Assembly: GCA_964016885.1 (NCBI GenBank)
Contig: OZ024741.1
Coordinates: 243,908,001 to 243,972,000 of the forward strand
Length of the DNA: 64,000 bases
Source of the DNA: Eledone cirrhosa
Lineage: Eukaryota
Direction: 5' to 3'
The position numbers were made by a program, and so were the translations under genes. Of the stretch, positions 24,701-39,700 are shown one piece after another. Position 1 is the stretch's first letter. Each line of letters starts with the position of its first letter. Below the pieces are notes generated by a model. That model was not told where the DNA came from. It saw only the letters and a list, made by a program, of their open reading frames with translations, and did not search any database.

Positions 24701-27700
24701 ATCACACCACTCACAGCCAATGAGTCTCTGCAGAGGTACCACTAATTACAGATCGATACGACCAGGGGCGACCTGCCCACGATCGAAAAGGTAACTCCGC
24801 CGGAAAATCCGCATTTTTGTGATTCGTTTCTTCGAAGCACACCATTCGCCGCCGGACTTCAGCTTCCTCATTTAGCAGGGGCAGCTTTTCTTAAAAATCA
24901 CACCACACTCAGCAAATGTGTGTCTGCACATGTACCAGTAATTACAGATCGATCCGACCACGGGCGGCCTGCCCACGATCGAAAAGGTAACTCCGCCGGC
25001 AAATTCGCATTTTTGTGATTCGTTTCTTCGAAGCACACCATTCGCTGGTGGACTTCAGCTTCCTCATTTAGCATGGGCAGCTTTTCTTGAAAATCACACC
25101 ACTCACAGACTATGAGTCTCTGCACATGTACCACTAATTACAGATCGATACGACCACGGGCGGCCTGCCCACGATCGAAAAGGTAACTCCGCCGGCAAAT
25201 CCGCATTTTTGTGATTCGTTTCTTCGAAGCACACCATTCGCCGCCGGACTTCAGCTTCCTCATTTAGCATGGGCAGCTTTTCTTAAAAATCACACCACAC
25301 TCAGCAAATGAGTGTCTGCACATGTACCAGTAATTACAGATCGATCCGACCACGGGCGGCCTGCCTACGATCGAAAAGGTAACTCCGCCGGCAAATTCGC
25401 ATTTTTGGGATTCGTTTCTTCGAAGCACACCATTCGCCGCCGGACTTCAGCTTCCTCATTTAGCATGGGCAGCTTTTCTTGAAAATCACACCACACACAG
25501 CAAATGTGTGTCTGCACAGGTACGAGTAATTACAGATCGATCCGACCACGGGCGGCCGGCCCACGATCGAAAATGTAACTCCGCCGGCAAATTCGCATTT
25601 TTGTGATTCGTTTCTTCGAAGCACACCATTCGCTGGTGGACTTCAGCTTCCTCATTTAGCATGGGCAGCTTTTCTTGAAAATCACACCACACACAGCAAA
25701 TGTGTGTCTACACAGGTACCAGTAATTACAGATCGATCCGACCACGGACGGCTGGCCCAGGATCGAAAAGGTAACTCCGGCGGCAAATTCGCATTTTTGT
25801 GATTCGTTTCTTCGAAGCACACCATTCGCTGGTGGACTTCAGCTTCCTCATTTAGCATGGGCAGCTTTTCTTGAAAATCACACCACACACAGCAAATGTG
25901 TGTCTGCACATGTACCAGTACGTACAGATCGATCCGACCACGGGCGGCCGGCCCACATTCGAAAAGGTTACTCCGCCTGCAAATCGTCATTTTCGGATTC
26001 GTTTTCTTCGAAGCACACCATTCGCCGGCGGACTTCAGCTGCCTCATTTAGCATGGGCAGCTTTTTTTGAAAATCACACCACACACAGCAAATGTGTCTC
26101 TGCACATGTACTAGTAATTACAGATCGATCCGACCACGGGCCACCGGCCCACGATCGAAAAGGTAACTCCGGCGGCAAATTAGCATTTTTGTGATTCATT
26201 TCTTCGAAGCACACCATTCGCTGGTGGACTTCAGCTTCCTCATTTAGCATGGGCAGCTTTTCTTGAAAATCACACCACACACAGCAAATGTGTGTCTGCA
26301 CAGGTACCAGTAATTACAGATCGATCCGACCACGGACGGCTGGCCCACGATCGAAAAGGTAACTCCGCCGGCAAATCCTAATTTTTGTGATTCGTTTCTT
26401 CGAAGCACACCATTCGCCGCCGGACTTCAGCTGCCTCATTTAGCATGGGCAGCTTTTCTTGAAAATCACACCACTCACAGCCAATGAGTCTCTGCACAGG
26501 TACCACTAATTACAGATCGATACGACCAGGGGCGGCCTGCCCACGATCGAAAAGGTAACTCCGCCGGCAAATCCGCATTTTTGTGATTCGTTTCTTCGAA
26601 GCACACCATTCGCCGCCGGACTTCAGCTTCCTCATTTAGCAGGGGCAGCTTTTCTTAAAAATCACACCACACTCAGCAAATGTGTGTCTGCACATGTACC
26701 AGTAATTACAGATCGATCCGACCACGGGCGGCCTGCCCACGATCGAAAAGGTAACTCCGCCGGCAAATTCGCATTTTTGTGATTCGTTTCTTCGAAGCAC
26801 ACCATTCGCTGGTGGACTTCAGCTTCCTCATTTAACATGGGCAGCTTTTCTTGAACATCACACCAGACTCAGCAAATGTGTGTCTGCACATGTACCAGTA
26901 ATTACAGATCGATCCGACCACGGACGGCTGGCCCAGGATCGAAAAGGTAACTCCGGCGGCAAATTCGCATTTTTGTGATTCGTTTCTTCGAAGCACACCA
27001 TTCGCTGGTGGACTTCAGCTTCCTCATTTAGCATGGGCAGCTTTTCTTGAAAATCACACCACACACAGCAAATGTGTGTCTGCACAGGTACCAGTAATTA
27101 CAGATCGATCCGACCACGGACGGCTGGCCCACGATCGAAAAGGTAACTCCGCCGGCAAATCCTAATTTTTGTGATTCGTTTCTTCGAAGCACACCATTCG
27201 CCGCCGGACTTCAGCTTCCTCATTTAGCATGGGCAGCTTTTCTTGAAAATCACACCACACACAGCCAATGAGTGACTGCACATGTACCAGTAATTACAGA
27301 TCGATCCGACAACGGGCGGCCTGCCTACGATCGAAAAGGTAACTCCGCCGGCAAATTCGCATTTTTGTGATTCGTTTCTTCGAAGCACACCATTCGCCGC
27401 CGGACTTCAGCTTCCTCATTTAGCAGGGGCAGCTTTTCTTAAAAATCACACCACACTCAGCAAATGTGTGTCTGCACATGTACCAGTAATTACAGATCGA
27501 TCCGCCCACGGGCGGCCGGCCCACGATCGAAAATGTAACTCCGCCGGCAAATTCGCATTTTTGTGATTCGTTTCTTCGAAGCACACCATTCGCTGGTGGA
27601 CTTCAGCTTCCTCATTTAGCATGGGCAGCTTTTCTTGAAAATCACACCACTCACAGACTATGAGTCTCTGCACATGTACCAGTAATTACAGATCGATCCG

Positions 27701-30700
27701 ACCACGGGCGGCCTGCCCACGATCGAAAAGGTAACTCCGCCGGCAAATTCGCATTTTTGTGATTCGTTTCTTCGAAGCACACCATTCGCTGGTGGACTTC
27801 AGCTTCCTCATTTAACATGGGCAGCTTTTCTTGAAAATCACACCACACTCAGCAAATGTGTGTCTGCACATGTACCAGTAATTACAGATCGATCCGCCCA
27901 CGGGCGGCCGGCCCACGATCGAAAATGTAACTCCGCCGGCAAATTCGCATTTTTGTGATTCGTTTCTTCGAAGCACACCATTCGCTGGTGGACTTCAGCT
28001 TCCTCATTTAGCATGGGCAGCTTTTCTTGAAAATCACACCACACACAGCAAATGTGTGTCTACACAGGTACCAGTAATTACAGATCGATCCGACCACGGA
28101 CGGCTGGCCCAGGATCGAAAAGGTAACTCCGGCGGCAAATTCGCATTTTTGTGATTCGTTTCTTCGAAGCACACCATTCGCTGGTGGACTTCAGCTTCCT
28201 CATTTAGCATGGGCAGCTTTTCTTGAAAATCACACCACACACAGCCAATGAGTGACTGCACATGTACCAGTAATTACAGATCGATCCGACAACGGGCGGC
28301 CTGCCTACGATCGAAAAGGTAACTCCGCCGGCAAATTCGCATTTTTGTGATTCGTTTCTTCGAAGCACACCATTCGCCGCCGGACTTCAGCTTCCTCATT
28401 TAGCAGGGGCAGCTTTTCTTAAAAATCACACCACACTCAGCAAATGTGTGTCTGCACATGTACCAGTAATTACAGATCGATCCGACCACGGGCGGCCTGC
28501 CCACGATCGAAAAGGTAACTCCGCCGGCAAATCCTAATTTTTGTGATTCGTTTCTTCGAAGCACACCATTCGCCGCCGGACTTCAGCTGCCTCATTTAAC
28601 ATGGGCAGCTTTTCTTGAAAATCACACCACACTCAGCAAATGTGTGTCTGCACATGTACCAGTAATTACAGATCGATCCGCCCACGGGCGGCCGGCCCAC
28701 GATCGAAAATGTAACTCCGCCGGCAAATTCGCATTTTTGTGATTCGTTTCTTCGAAGCACACCATTCGCTGGTGGACTTCAGCTTCCTCATTTAGCATGG
28801 GCAGCTTTTCTTGAAAATCACACCACTCACAGACTATGAGTCTCTGCACATGTACCAGTAATTACAGATCGATCCGACCACGGGCGGCCTGCCCACGATC
28901 GAAAAGGTAACTCCGCCGGCAAATTCGCATTTTTGTGATTCGTTTCTTCGAAGCACACCATTCGCTGGTGGACTTCAGCTTCCTCATTTAACATGGGCAG
29001 CTTTTCTTGAAAATCACACCACACTCAGCAAATGTGTGTCTGCACATGTACTAGTAATTACAGATCGATCCGCCCACGGGCGGCCGGCCCACGATCGAAA
29101 ATGTAACTCCGCCGGCAAATTCGCATTTTTGTGATTCGTTTCTTCGAAGCACACCATTCGCTGGTGGACTTCAGCTTCCTCATTTAGCATGGGCAGCTTT
29201 TCTTGAAAATCACACCACACACAGCAAATGTGTGTCTACACAGGTACCAGTAATTACAGATCGATCCGACCACGGACGGCTGGCCCAGGATCGAAAAGGT
29301 AACTCCGGCGGCAAATTCGCATTTTTGTGATTCGTTTCTTCGAAGCACACCATTCGCTGGTGGACTTCAGCTTCCTCATTTAGCATGGGCAGCTTTTCTT
29401 GAAAATCACACCACACACAGCAAATGTGTGTCTGCACATGTACCAGTACGTACAGATCGATCCGACCACGGGCGGCCGGCCCACATTCGAAAAGGTTACT
29501 CCGCCTGCAAATCGTCATTTTCGGATTCGTTTTCTTCGAAGCACACCATTCGCCGGCGGACTTCAGCTGCCTCATTTAGCATGGGCAGCTTTTTTTGAAA
29601 ATCACACCACACACAGCAAATGTGTCTCTGCACATGTACTAGTAATTACAGATCGATCCGACCACGGGCCACCGGCCCACGATCGAAAAGGTAACTCCGG
29701 CGGCAAATTAGCATTTTTGTGATTCATTTCTTCGAAGCACACCATTCGCTGGTGGACTTCAGCTTCCTCATTTAGCATGGGCAGCTTTTCTTGAAAATCA
29801 CACCACACACAGCAAATGTGTGTCTGCACAGGTACCAGTAATTACAGATCGATCCGACCACGGACGGCTGGCCCACGATCGAAAAGGTAACTCCGCCGGC
29901 AAATCCTAATTTTTGTGATTCGTTTCTTCGAAGCACACCATTCGCCGCCGGACTTCAGCTGCCTCATTTAGCATGGGCAGCTTTTCTTGAAAATCACACC
30001 ACACACAGCCAATGAGTGACTGCACATGTACCAGTAATTACAGATCGATCCGACAACGGGCGGCCTGCCTACGATCGAAAAGGTAACTCCGCCGGCAAAT
30101 TCGCATTTTTGTGATTCGTTTCTTCGAAGCACACCATTCGCCGCCGGACTTCAGCTTCCTCATTTAGCATGGGCAGCTTTTCTTGAAAATCACACCACTC
30201 ACAGCCAATGAGTCTCTGCACAGGTACCACTAATTACAGATCGATACGACCAGGGGCGGCCTGCCCACGATCGAAAAGGTAACTCCGCCGGCAAATCCGC
30301 ATTTTTGTGATTCGTTTCTTCGAAGCACACCATTCGCCGCCGGACTTCAGCTTCCTCATTTAGCAGGGGCAGCTTTTCTTAAAAATCACACCACACTCAG
30401 CAAATGTGTGTCTGCACATGTACCAGTAATTACAGATCGATCCGACCACGGGCGGCCTGCCCACGATCGAAAAGGTAACTCCGCCGGCAAATTCGCATTT
30501 TTGTGATTCGTTTCTTCGAAGCACACCATTCGCTGGTGGACTTCAGCTTCCTCATTTAACATGGGCAGCTTTTCTTGAACATCACACCAGACTCAGCAAA
30601 TGTGTGTCTGCACATGTACCAGTAATTACAGATCGATCCGACCACGGACGGCTGGCCCAGGATCGAAAAGGTAACTCCGGCGGCAAATTCGCATTTTTGT

Positions 30701-33700
30701 GATTCGTTTCTTCGAAGCACACCATTCGCTGGTGGACTTCAGCTTCCTCATTTAGCATGGGCAGCTTTTCTTGAAAATCACACCACACACAGCAAATGTG
30801 TGTCTGCACAGGTACCAGTAATTACAGATCGATCCGACCACGGACGGCTGGCCCACGATCGAAAAGGTAACTCCGCCGGCAAATCCTAATTTTTGTGATT
30901 CGTTTCTTCGAAGCACACCATTCGCCGCCGGACTTCAGCTTCCTCATTTAGCATGGGCAGCTTTTCTTGAAAATCACACCACACACAGCCAATGAGTGAC
31001 TGCACATGTACCAGTAATTACAGATCGATCCGACAACGGGCGGCCTGCCTACGATCGAAAAGGTAACTCCGCCGGCAAATTCGCATTTTTGTGATTCGTT
31101 TCTTCGAAGCACACCATTCGCCGCCGGACTTCAGCTTCCTCATTTAGCATGGGCAGCTTTTCTCGAAAATCACACCACACTCAGCAAATGTGTGTCTGCA
31201 CATGTACTAGTAATTACAGATCGATCCGCCCACGGGCGGCCGGCCCACGATCGAAAATGTAACTCCGCCGGCAAATTCGCATTTTTGTGATTCGTTTCTT
31301 CGAAGCACACCATTCGCTGGTGGACTTCAGCTTCCTCATTTAGCATGGGCAGCTTTTCTTGAAAATCACACCACACACAGCAAATGTGTGTCTACACAGG
31401 TACCAGTAATTACAGATCGATCCGACCACGGACGGCTGGCCCAGGATCGAAAAGGTAACTCCGGCGGCAAATTCGCATTTTTGTGATTCGTTTCTTCGAA
31501 GCACACCATTCGCTGGTGGACTTCAGCTTCCTCATTTAGCATGGGCAGCTTTTCTTGAAAATCACACCACACACAGCCAATGAGTGACTGCACATGTACC
31601 AGTAATTACAGATCGATCCGACAACGGGCGGCCTGCCTACGATCGAAAAGGTAACTCCGCCGGCAAATTCGCATTTTTGTGATTCGTTTCTTCGAAGCAC
31701 ACCATTCGCCGCCGGACTTCAGCTTCCTCATTTAGCAGGGGCAGCTTTTCTTAAAAATCACACCACACTCAGCAAATGTGTGTCTGCACATGTACCAGTA
31801 ATTACAGATCGATCCGACCACGGGCGGCCTGCCCACGATCGAAAAGGTAACTCCGCCGGCAAATCCTAATTTTTGTGATTCGTTTCTTCGAAGCACACCA
31901 TTCGCCGCCGGACTTCAGCTGCCTCATTTAACATGGGCAGCTTTTCTTGAAAATCACACCACACTCAGCAAATGTGTGTCTGCACATGTACCAGTAATTA
32001 CAGATCGATCCGCCCACGGGCGGCCGGCCCACGATCGAAAATGTAACTCCGCCGGCAAATTCGCATTTTTGTGATTCGTTTCTTCGAAGCACACCATTCG
32101 CTGGTGGACTTCAGCTTCCTCATTTAGCATGGGCAGCTTTTCTTGAAAATCACACCACTCACAGACTATGAGTCTCTGCACATGTACCAGTAATTACAGA
32201 TCGATCCGACCACGGGCGGCCTGCCCACGATCGAAAAGGTAACTCCGCCGGCAAATTCGCATTTTTGTGATTCGTTTCTTCGAAGCACACCATTCGCTGG
32301 TGGACTTCAGCTTCCTCATTTAACATGGGCAGCTTTTCTTGAAAATCACACCACACTCAGCAAATGTGTGTCTGCACATGTACTAGTAATTACAGATCGA
32401 TCCGCCCACGGGCGGCCGGCCCACGATCGAAAATGTAACTCCGCCGGCAAATTCGCATTTTTGTGATTCGTTTCTTCGAAGCACACCATTCGCTGGTGGA
32501 CTTCAGCTTCCTCATTTAGCATGGGCAGCTTTTCTTGAAAATCACACCACACACAGCAAATGTGTGTCTACACAGGTACCAGTAATTACAGATCGATCCG
32601 ACCACGGACGGCTGGCCCAGGATCGAAAAGGTAACTCCGGCGGCAAATTCGCATTTTTGTGATTCGTTTCTTCGAAGCACACCATTCGCTGGTGGACTTC
32701 AGCTTCCTCATTTAGCATGGGCAGCTTTTCTTGAAAATCACACCACACACAGCAAATGTGTGTCTGCACATGTACCAGTACGTACAGATCGATCCGACCA
32801 CGGGCGGCCGGCCCACATTCGAAAAGGTTACTCCGCCTGCAAATCGTCATTTTCGGATTCGTTTTCTTCGAAGCACACCATTCGCCGGCGGACTTCAGCT
32901 GCCTCATTTAGCATGGGCAGCTTTTTTTGAAAATCACACCACACACAGCAAATGTGTCTCTGCACATGTACTAGTAATTACAGATCGATCCGACCACGGG
33001 CCACCGGCCCACGATCGAAAAGGTAACTCCGGCGGCAAATTAGCATTTTTGTGATTCATTTCTTCGAAGCACACCATTCGCTGGTGGACTTCAGCTTCCT
33101 CATTTAGCATGGGCAGCTTTTCTTGAAAATCACACCACACACAGCAAATGTGTGTCTGCACAGGTACCAGTAATTACAGATCGATCCGACCACGGACGGC
33201 TGGCCCACGATCGAAAAGGTAACTCCGCCGGCAAATCCTAATTTTTGTGATTCGTTTCTTCGAAGCACACCATTCGCCGCCGGACTTCAGCTGCCTCATT
33301 TAGCATGGGCAGCTTTTCTTGAAAATCACACCACACACAGCCAATGAGTGACTGCACATGTACCAGTAATTACAGATCGATCCGACAACGGGCGGCCTGC
33401 CTACGATCGAAAAGGTAACTCCGCCGGCAAATTCGCATTTTTGTGATTCGTTTCTTCGAAGCACACCATTCGCCGCCGGACTTCAGCTTCCTCATTTAGC
33501 ATGGGCAGCTTTTCTTGAAAATCACACCACTCACAGCCAATGAGTCTCTGCACAGGTACCACTAATTACAGATCGATACGACCAGGGGCGGCCTGCCCAC
33601 GATCGAAAAGGTAACTCCGCCGGCAAATCCGCATTTTTGTGATTCGTTTCTTCGAAGCACACATTCGCCGCCGGACTTCAGCTTCCTCATTTAGCAGGGG

Positions 33701-36700
33701 CAGCTTTTCTTAAAAATCACACCACACTCAGCAAATGTGTGTCTGCACATGTACCAGTAATTACAGATCGATCCGACCACGGGCGGCCTGCCCACGATCG
33801 AAAAGGCAACTCCGCCGGCAAATTCGCATTTTTGTGATTCGTTTCTTCGAAGCACACCATTCGCTGGTGGACTTCAGCTTCCTCATTTAACATGGGCAGC
33901 TTTTCTTGAACATCACACCAGACTCAGCAAATGTGTGTCTGCACATGTACCAGTAATTACAGATCGATCCGACCACGGACGGCTGGCCCAGGATCGAAAA
34001 GGTAACTCCGGCGGCAAATTCGCATTTTTGTGATTCGTTTCTTCGAAGCACACCATTCGCTGGTGGACTTCAGCTTCCTCATTTAGCATGGGCAGCTTTT
34101 CTTGAAAATCACACCACACACAGCAAATGTGTGTCTGCACAGGTACCAGTAATTACAGATCGATCCGACCACGGACGGCTGGCCCACGATCGAAAAGGTA
34201 ACTCCGCCGGCAAATCCTAATTTTTGTGATTCGTTTCTTCGAAGCACACCATTCGCCGCCGGACTTCAGCTTCCTCATTTAGCATGGGCAGCTTTTCTTG
34301 AAAATCACACCACACACAGCCAATGAGTGACTGCACATGTACCAGTAATTACAGATCGATCCGACAACGGGCGGCCTGCCTACGATCGAAAAGGTAACTC
34401 CGCCGGCAAATTCGCATTTTTGTGATTCGTTTCTTCGAAGCACACCATTCGCCGCCGGACTTCAGCTTCCTCATTTAGCATGGGCAGCTTTTCTTGAAAA
34501 TCACACCACTCACAGCCAATGAGTCTCTGCAGAGGTACCACTAATTACAGATCGATACGACCAGGGGCGGCCTGCCCACGATCGAAAAGGTAACTCCGCC
34601 GGAAAATCCGCATTTTTGTGATTCGTTTCTTCGAAGCACACCATTCGCCGCCGGACTTCAGCTTCCTCATTTAGCAGGGGCAGCTTTTCTTAAAAATCAC
34701 ACCACACTCAGCAAATGTGTGTCTGCACATGTACCAGTAATTACAGATCGATCCGACCACGGGCGGCCTGCCCACGATCGAAAAGGTAACTCCGCCGGCA
34801 AATTCGCATTTTTGTGATTCATTTCTTCGAAGCACACCATTCGCTGGTGGACTTCAGCTTCCTCATTTAGCATGGGCAGCTTTTCTTGAAAATCACACCA
34901 CACACAGCAAATGTGTGTCTGCACAGGTACCAGTAATTACAGATCGATCCGACCACGGACGGCTGGCCCACGATCGAAAAGGTAACTCCGCCGGCAAATC
35001 CTAATTTTTGTGATTCGTTTCTTCGAAGCACACCATTCGCCGCCGGACTTCAGCTTCCTCATTTAGCATGGGCAGCTTTTCTTGAAAATCACACCACACA
35101 CAGCAAATGTGTGTCTGCACAGGTACGAGTAATTACAGATCGATCCGACCACGGGCGGCCGGCCCACGATCGAAAAGGTAACTCCGCCGGCAAATCCGCA
35201 TTTTTGTGATTCGTTTCTTCGAAGCACACCATTCGCCGCCGGACTTCAGCTTCCTCATTTAGCATGGGCAGCTTTTCTTGAAAATCACACCACACACAGC
35301 AAATGTGTGTCTGCACATTTCCCAGTAATTACAGATCGATCCGACCACGGGCGGCCGGCCCACGATCAAAAAGGTAACTCCGCCGGCAAATCCGCATTTT
35401 TGTGATTCGTTTCTTCGAAGCACACCATTCGCCGCCGGACTTCAGCTTCCTCATTTAGCATGGGCAGCTTTTCTTGAAAATCACACCACACACAGCAAAT
35501 GTGTGTCTGCACATGTACCAGTAATTACAGATCGATCCGACAACGGCCGGCCGGCCCACGATCGAAAAGGTAACTCCGCCGGCAAATCCTAATTTTTGTG
35601 ATTCGTTTCTTCGAAGCACACCATTCGCCGCCGGACTTCAGCTGCCTCATTTAGCATGGGCAGCTTTTCTTGAAAATCACACCACACACAGCCAATGAGT
35701 GACTGCACATGTACCAGTAATTACAGATCGATCCGACAACGGGCGGCCTGCCTACGATCGAAAAGGTAACTCCGCCGGCAAATTCGCATTTTTGTGATTC
35801 GTTTCTTCGAAGCACACCATTCGCCGCCGGACTTCAGCTTCCTCATTTAGCATGGGCAGCTTTTCTTGAAAATCACAACACTCACAGCCAATGAGTCTCT
35901 GCACAGGTACCACTAATTACAGATCGATACGACCAGGGGCGGCCTGCCCACGATCGAAAAGGTAACTCCGCCGGCAAATCCGCATTTTTGTGATTCGTTT
36001 CTTCGAAGCACACCATTCGCCGCCGGACTTCAGCTTCCTCATTTAGCAGGGGCAGCTTTTCTTAAAAATCACACCACACTCAGCAAATGTGTGTCTGCAC
36101 ATGTACCAGTAATTACAGATCGATCCGACCACGGGCGGCCTGCCCACGATCGAAAAGGTAACTCCGCCGGCAAATTCGCATTTTTGTGATTCGTTTCTTC
36201 GAAGCACACCATTCGCTGGTGGACTTCAGCTTCCTCATTTAACATGGGCAGCTTTTCTTGAACATCACACCAGACTCAGCAAATGTGTGTCTGCACATGT
36301 ACCAGTAATTACAGATCGATCCGACCACGGACGGCTGGCCCAGGATCGAAAAGGTAACTCCGGCGGCAAATTCGCATTTTTGTGATTCGTTTCTTCGAAG
36401 CACACCATTCGCTGGTGGACTTCAGCTTCCTCATTTAGCATGGGCAGCTTTTCTTAAAAATCACACCATACTCAGCAAATGTGTGTCTGCACAGGTACCA
36501 GTAATTACAGATCGATCCGACCACGGACGGCTGGCCCACGATCGAAAAGGTAACTCCGCCGGCAAATCCTAATTTTTGTGATTCGTTTCTTCGAAGCACA
36601 CCATTCGCCGCCGGACTTCAGCTTCCTCATTTAGCATGGGCAACTTTTCTTGAAAATCACACCACTCACAGCCAATGAGTCTCTGCAGAGGTACCACTAA

Positions 36701-39700
36701 TTACAGATCGATACGACCAGGGGCGACCTGCCCACGATCGAAAAGGTAACTCCGCCGGAAAATCCGCATTTTTGTGATTCGTTTCTTCGAAGCACACCAT
36801 TCGCCGCCGGACTTCAGCTTCCTCATTTAGCAGGGGCAGCTTTTCTTAAAAATCACACCACACTCAGCAAATGTGTGTCTGCACATGTACCAGTAATTAC
36901 AGATCGATCCGACCACGGGCGGCCTGCCCACGATCGAAAAGGTAACTCCGCCGGCAAATTCGCATTTTTGTGATTCGTTTCTTCGAAGCACACCATTCGC
37001 TGGTGGACTTCAGCTTCCTCATTTAGCATGGGCAGCTTTTCTTGAAAATCACACCACTCACAGACTATGAGTCTCTGCACATGTACCACTAATTACAGAT
37101 CGATACGACCACGGGCGGCCTGCCCACGATCGAAAAGGTAACTCCGCCGGCAAATCCGCATTTTTGTGATTCGTTTCTTCGAAGCACACCATTCGCCGCC
37201 GGACTTCAGCTTCCTCATTTAGCATGGGCAGCTTTTCTTAAAAATCACACCACACTCAGCAAATGAGTGTCTGCACATGTACCAGTAATTACAGATCGAT
37301 CCGACCACGGGCGGCCTGCCTACGATCGAAAAGGTAACTCCGCCGGCAAATTCGCATTTTTGGGATTCGTTTCTTCGAAGCACACCATTCGCCGCCGGAC
37401 TTCAGCTTCCTCATTTAGCATGGGCAGCTTTTCTTGAAAATCACACCACACACAGCAAATGTGTGTCTGCACAGGTACGAGTAATTACAGATCGATCCGA
37501 CCACGGGCGGCCGGCCCACGATCGAAAAGGTAACTCCGCCGGCAAATCCGCATTTTTGTGATTCGTTTCTTCGAAGCACACCATTCGCCGCCGGACTTCA
37601 GCTTCCTCATTTAGCATGGGCAGCTTTTCTTGAAAATCACACCACTCACAGCCAATGAGTCTCTGCAGAGGTACCACTAATTACAGATCGATACGACCAG
37701 GGGCGGCCTGCCCACGATCGAAAAGGTAACTCCGCCGGAAAATCCGCATTTTTGTGATTCGTTTCTTCGAAGCACACCATTCGCCGCCGGACTTCAGCTT
37801 CCTCATTTAGCAGGGGCAGCTTTTCTTAAAAATCACACCACACTCAGCAAATGTGTGTCTGCACATGTACCAGTAATTACAGATCGATCCGACCACGGGC
37901 GGCCTGCCCACGATCGAAAAGGTAACTCCGCCGGCAAATTCGCATTTTTGTGATTCGTTTCTTCGAAGCACACCATTCGCTGGTGGACTTCAGCTTCCTC
38001 ATTTAGCATGGGCAGCTTTTCTTGAAAATCACACCACACACAGCAAATGTGTGTCTGCACAGGTACGAGTAATTACAGATCGATCCGACCACGGGCGGCC
38101 GGCCCACGATCGAAAAGGTAACTCCGCCGGCAAATCCGCATTTTTGTGATTCGTTTCTTCGAAGCACACCATTCGCCGCCGGACTTCAGCTTCCTCATTT
38201 AGCATGGGCAGCTTTTCTTGAAAATCACACCACACACAGCAAATGTGTGTCTGCACATATCCCAGTAATTACAGATCGATCCGACCACGGGCGGCCGGCC
38301 CACGATCAAAAAGGTAACTCCGCCGGCAAATCCGCATTTTTGTGATTCGTTTCTTCGAAGCACACCATTCGCCGCCGGACTTCAGCTTCCTCATTTAGCA
38401 TGGGCAGCTTTTCTTGAAAATCACACCACACACAGCCAATGAGTGACTGCACATGTACCAGTAATTACAGATCGATCCGACAACGGGCGGCCTGCCTACG
38501 ATCGAAAAGGTAACTCCGCCGGCAAATTCGCATTTTTGTGATTCGTTTCTTCGAAGCACACCATTCGCCGCCGGACTTCAGCTTCCTCATTTAGCATGGG
38601 CAGCTTTTCTTGAAAATCACACCACTCACAGCCAATGAGTCTCTGCACAGGTACCACTAATTACAGATCGATACGACCAGGGGCGGCCTGCCCACGATCG
38701 AAAAGGTAACTCCGCCGGCAAATCCGCATTTTTGTGATTCGTTTCTTCGAAGCACACCATTCGCCGCCGGACTTCAGCTTCCTCATTTAGCAGGGGCAGC
38801 TTTTCTTAAAAATCACACCATACTCAGCAAATGTGTGTCTGCACATGTACCAGTAATTACAGATCGATCCGACCACGGAAGGCCTGCCCACGATCGAAAA
38901 GGTAACTCCGCCGGCAAATTCGCATTTTTGTGATTCGTTTCTTCGAAGCACACCATTCGCTGGTGGACTTCAGCTTCCTCATTTAACATGGGCAGCTTTT
39001 CTTGAACATCACACCAGACTCAGCAAATGTGTGTCTGCACATGTACCAGTAATTACAGATCGATCCGACCACGGACGGCTGGCCCAGGATCGAAAAGGTA
39101 ACTCCGGCGGCAAATTCGCATTTTTGTGATTCGTTTCTTCGAAGCACACCATTCGCCGCCGGACTTCAGCTTCCTCATTTAGCATGGGCAGCTTTTCTTG
39201 AAAATCACACCACACACAGCAAATGTGTGTCTGCACATGTACCAGTAATTACAGATCGATCCGACAACGGCCGGCCGGCCCACGATCGAAAAGGTAACTC
39301 CGCCGGCAAATCCTAATTTTTGTGATTCGTTTCTTCGAAGCACACCATTCGCCGCCGGACTTCAGCTGCCTCATTTAGCATGGGCAGCTTTTCTTGAAAA
39401 TCACACCACACACAGCCAATGAGTGACTGCACATGTACCAGTAATTACAGATCGATCCGACAACGGGCGGCCTGCCTACGATCGAAAAGGTAACTCCGCC
39501 GGCAAATTCGCATTTTTGTGATTCGTTTCTTCGAAGCACACCATTCGCCGCCGGACTTCAGCTTCCTCATTTAGCAGGGGCAGCTTTTCTTAAAAATCAC
39601 ACCACACTCAGCAAATGTGTGTCTGCACATGTACCAGTAATTACAGATCGATCCGACCACGGGCGGCCTGCCCACGATCGAAAAGGTAACTCCGCCGGCA

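Larger units (their letters stand above)
9867..37528 (+). repeat. Large tandem segmental duplication: copy 1 about 9.87-25.55 kb (15,679 bp), copy 2 about 25.55-37.5 kb (11,955 bp, lacking one 19-mer)
   Basis: ORF offsets are 15,679 (10003/25682, 13531/29210, 14903/30582) and then 11,955 (19215/31170, 20587/32542, 24898/36853). Shared private marks include the 1-bp deletion at about 21707/33662, CACAACAC, CCATACTC, GGCAACTT, GGCGACCT and TTTGGGATT. Confidence 0.88.
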
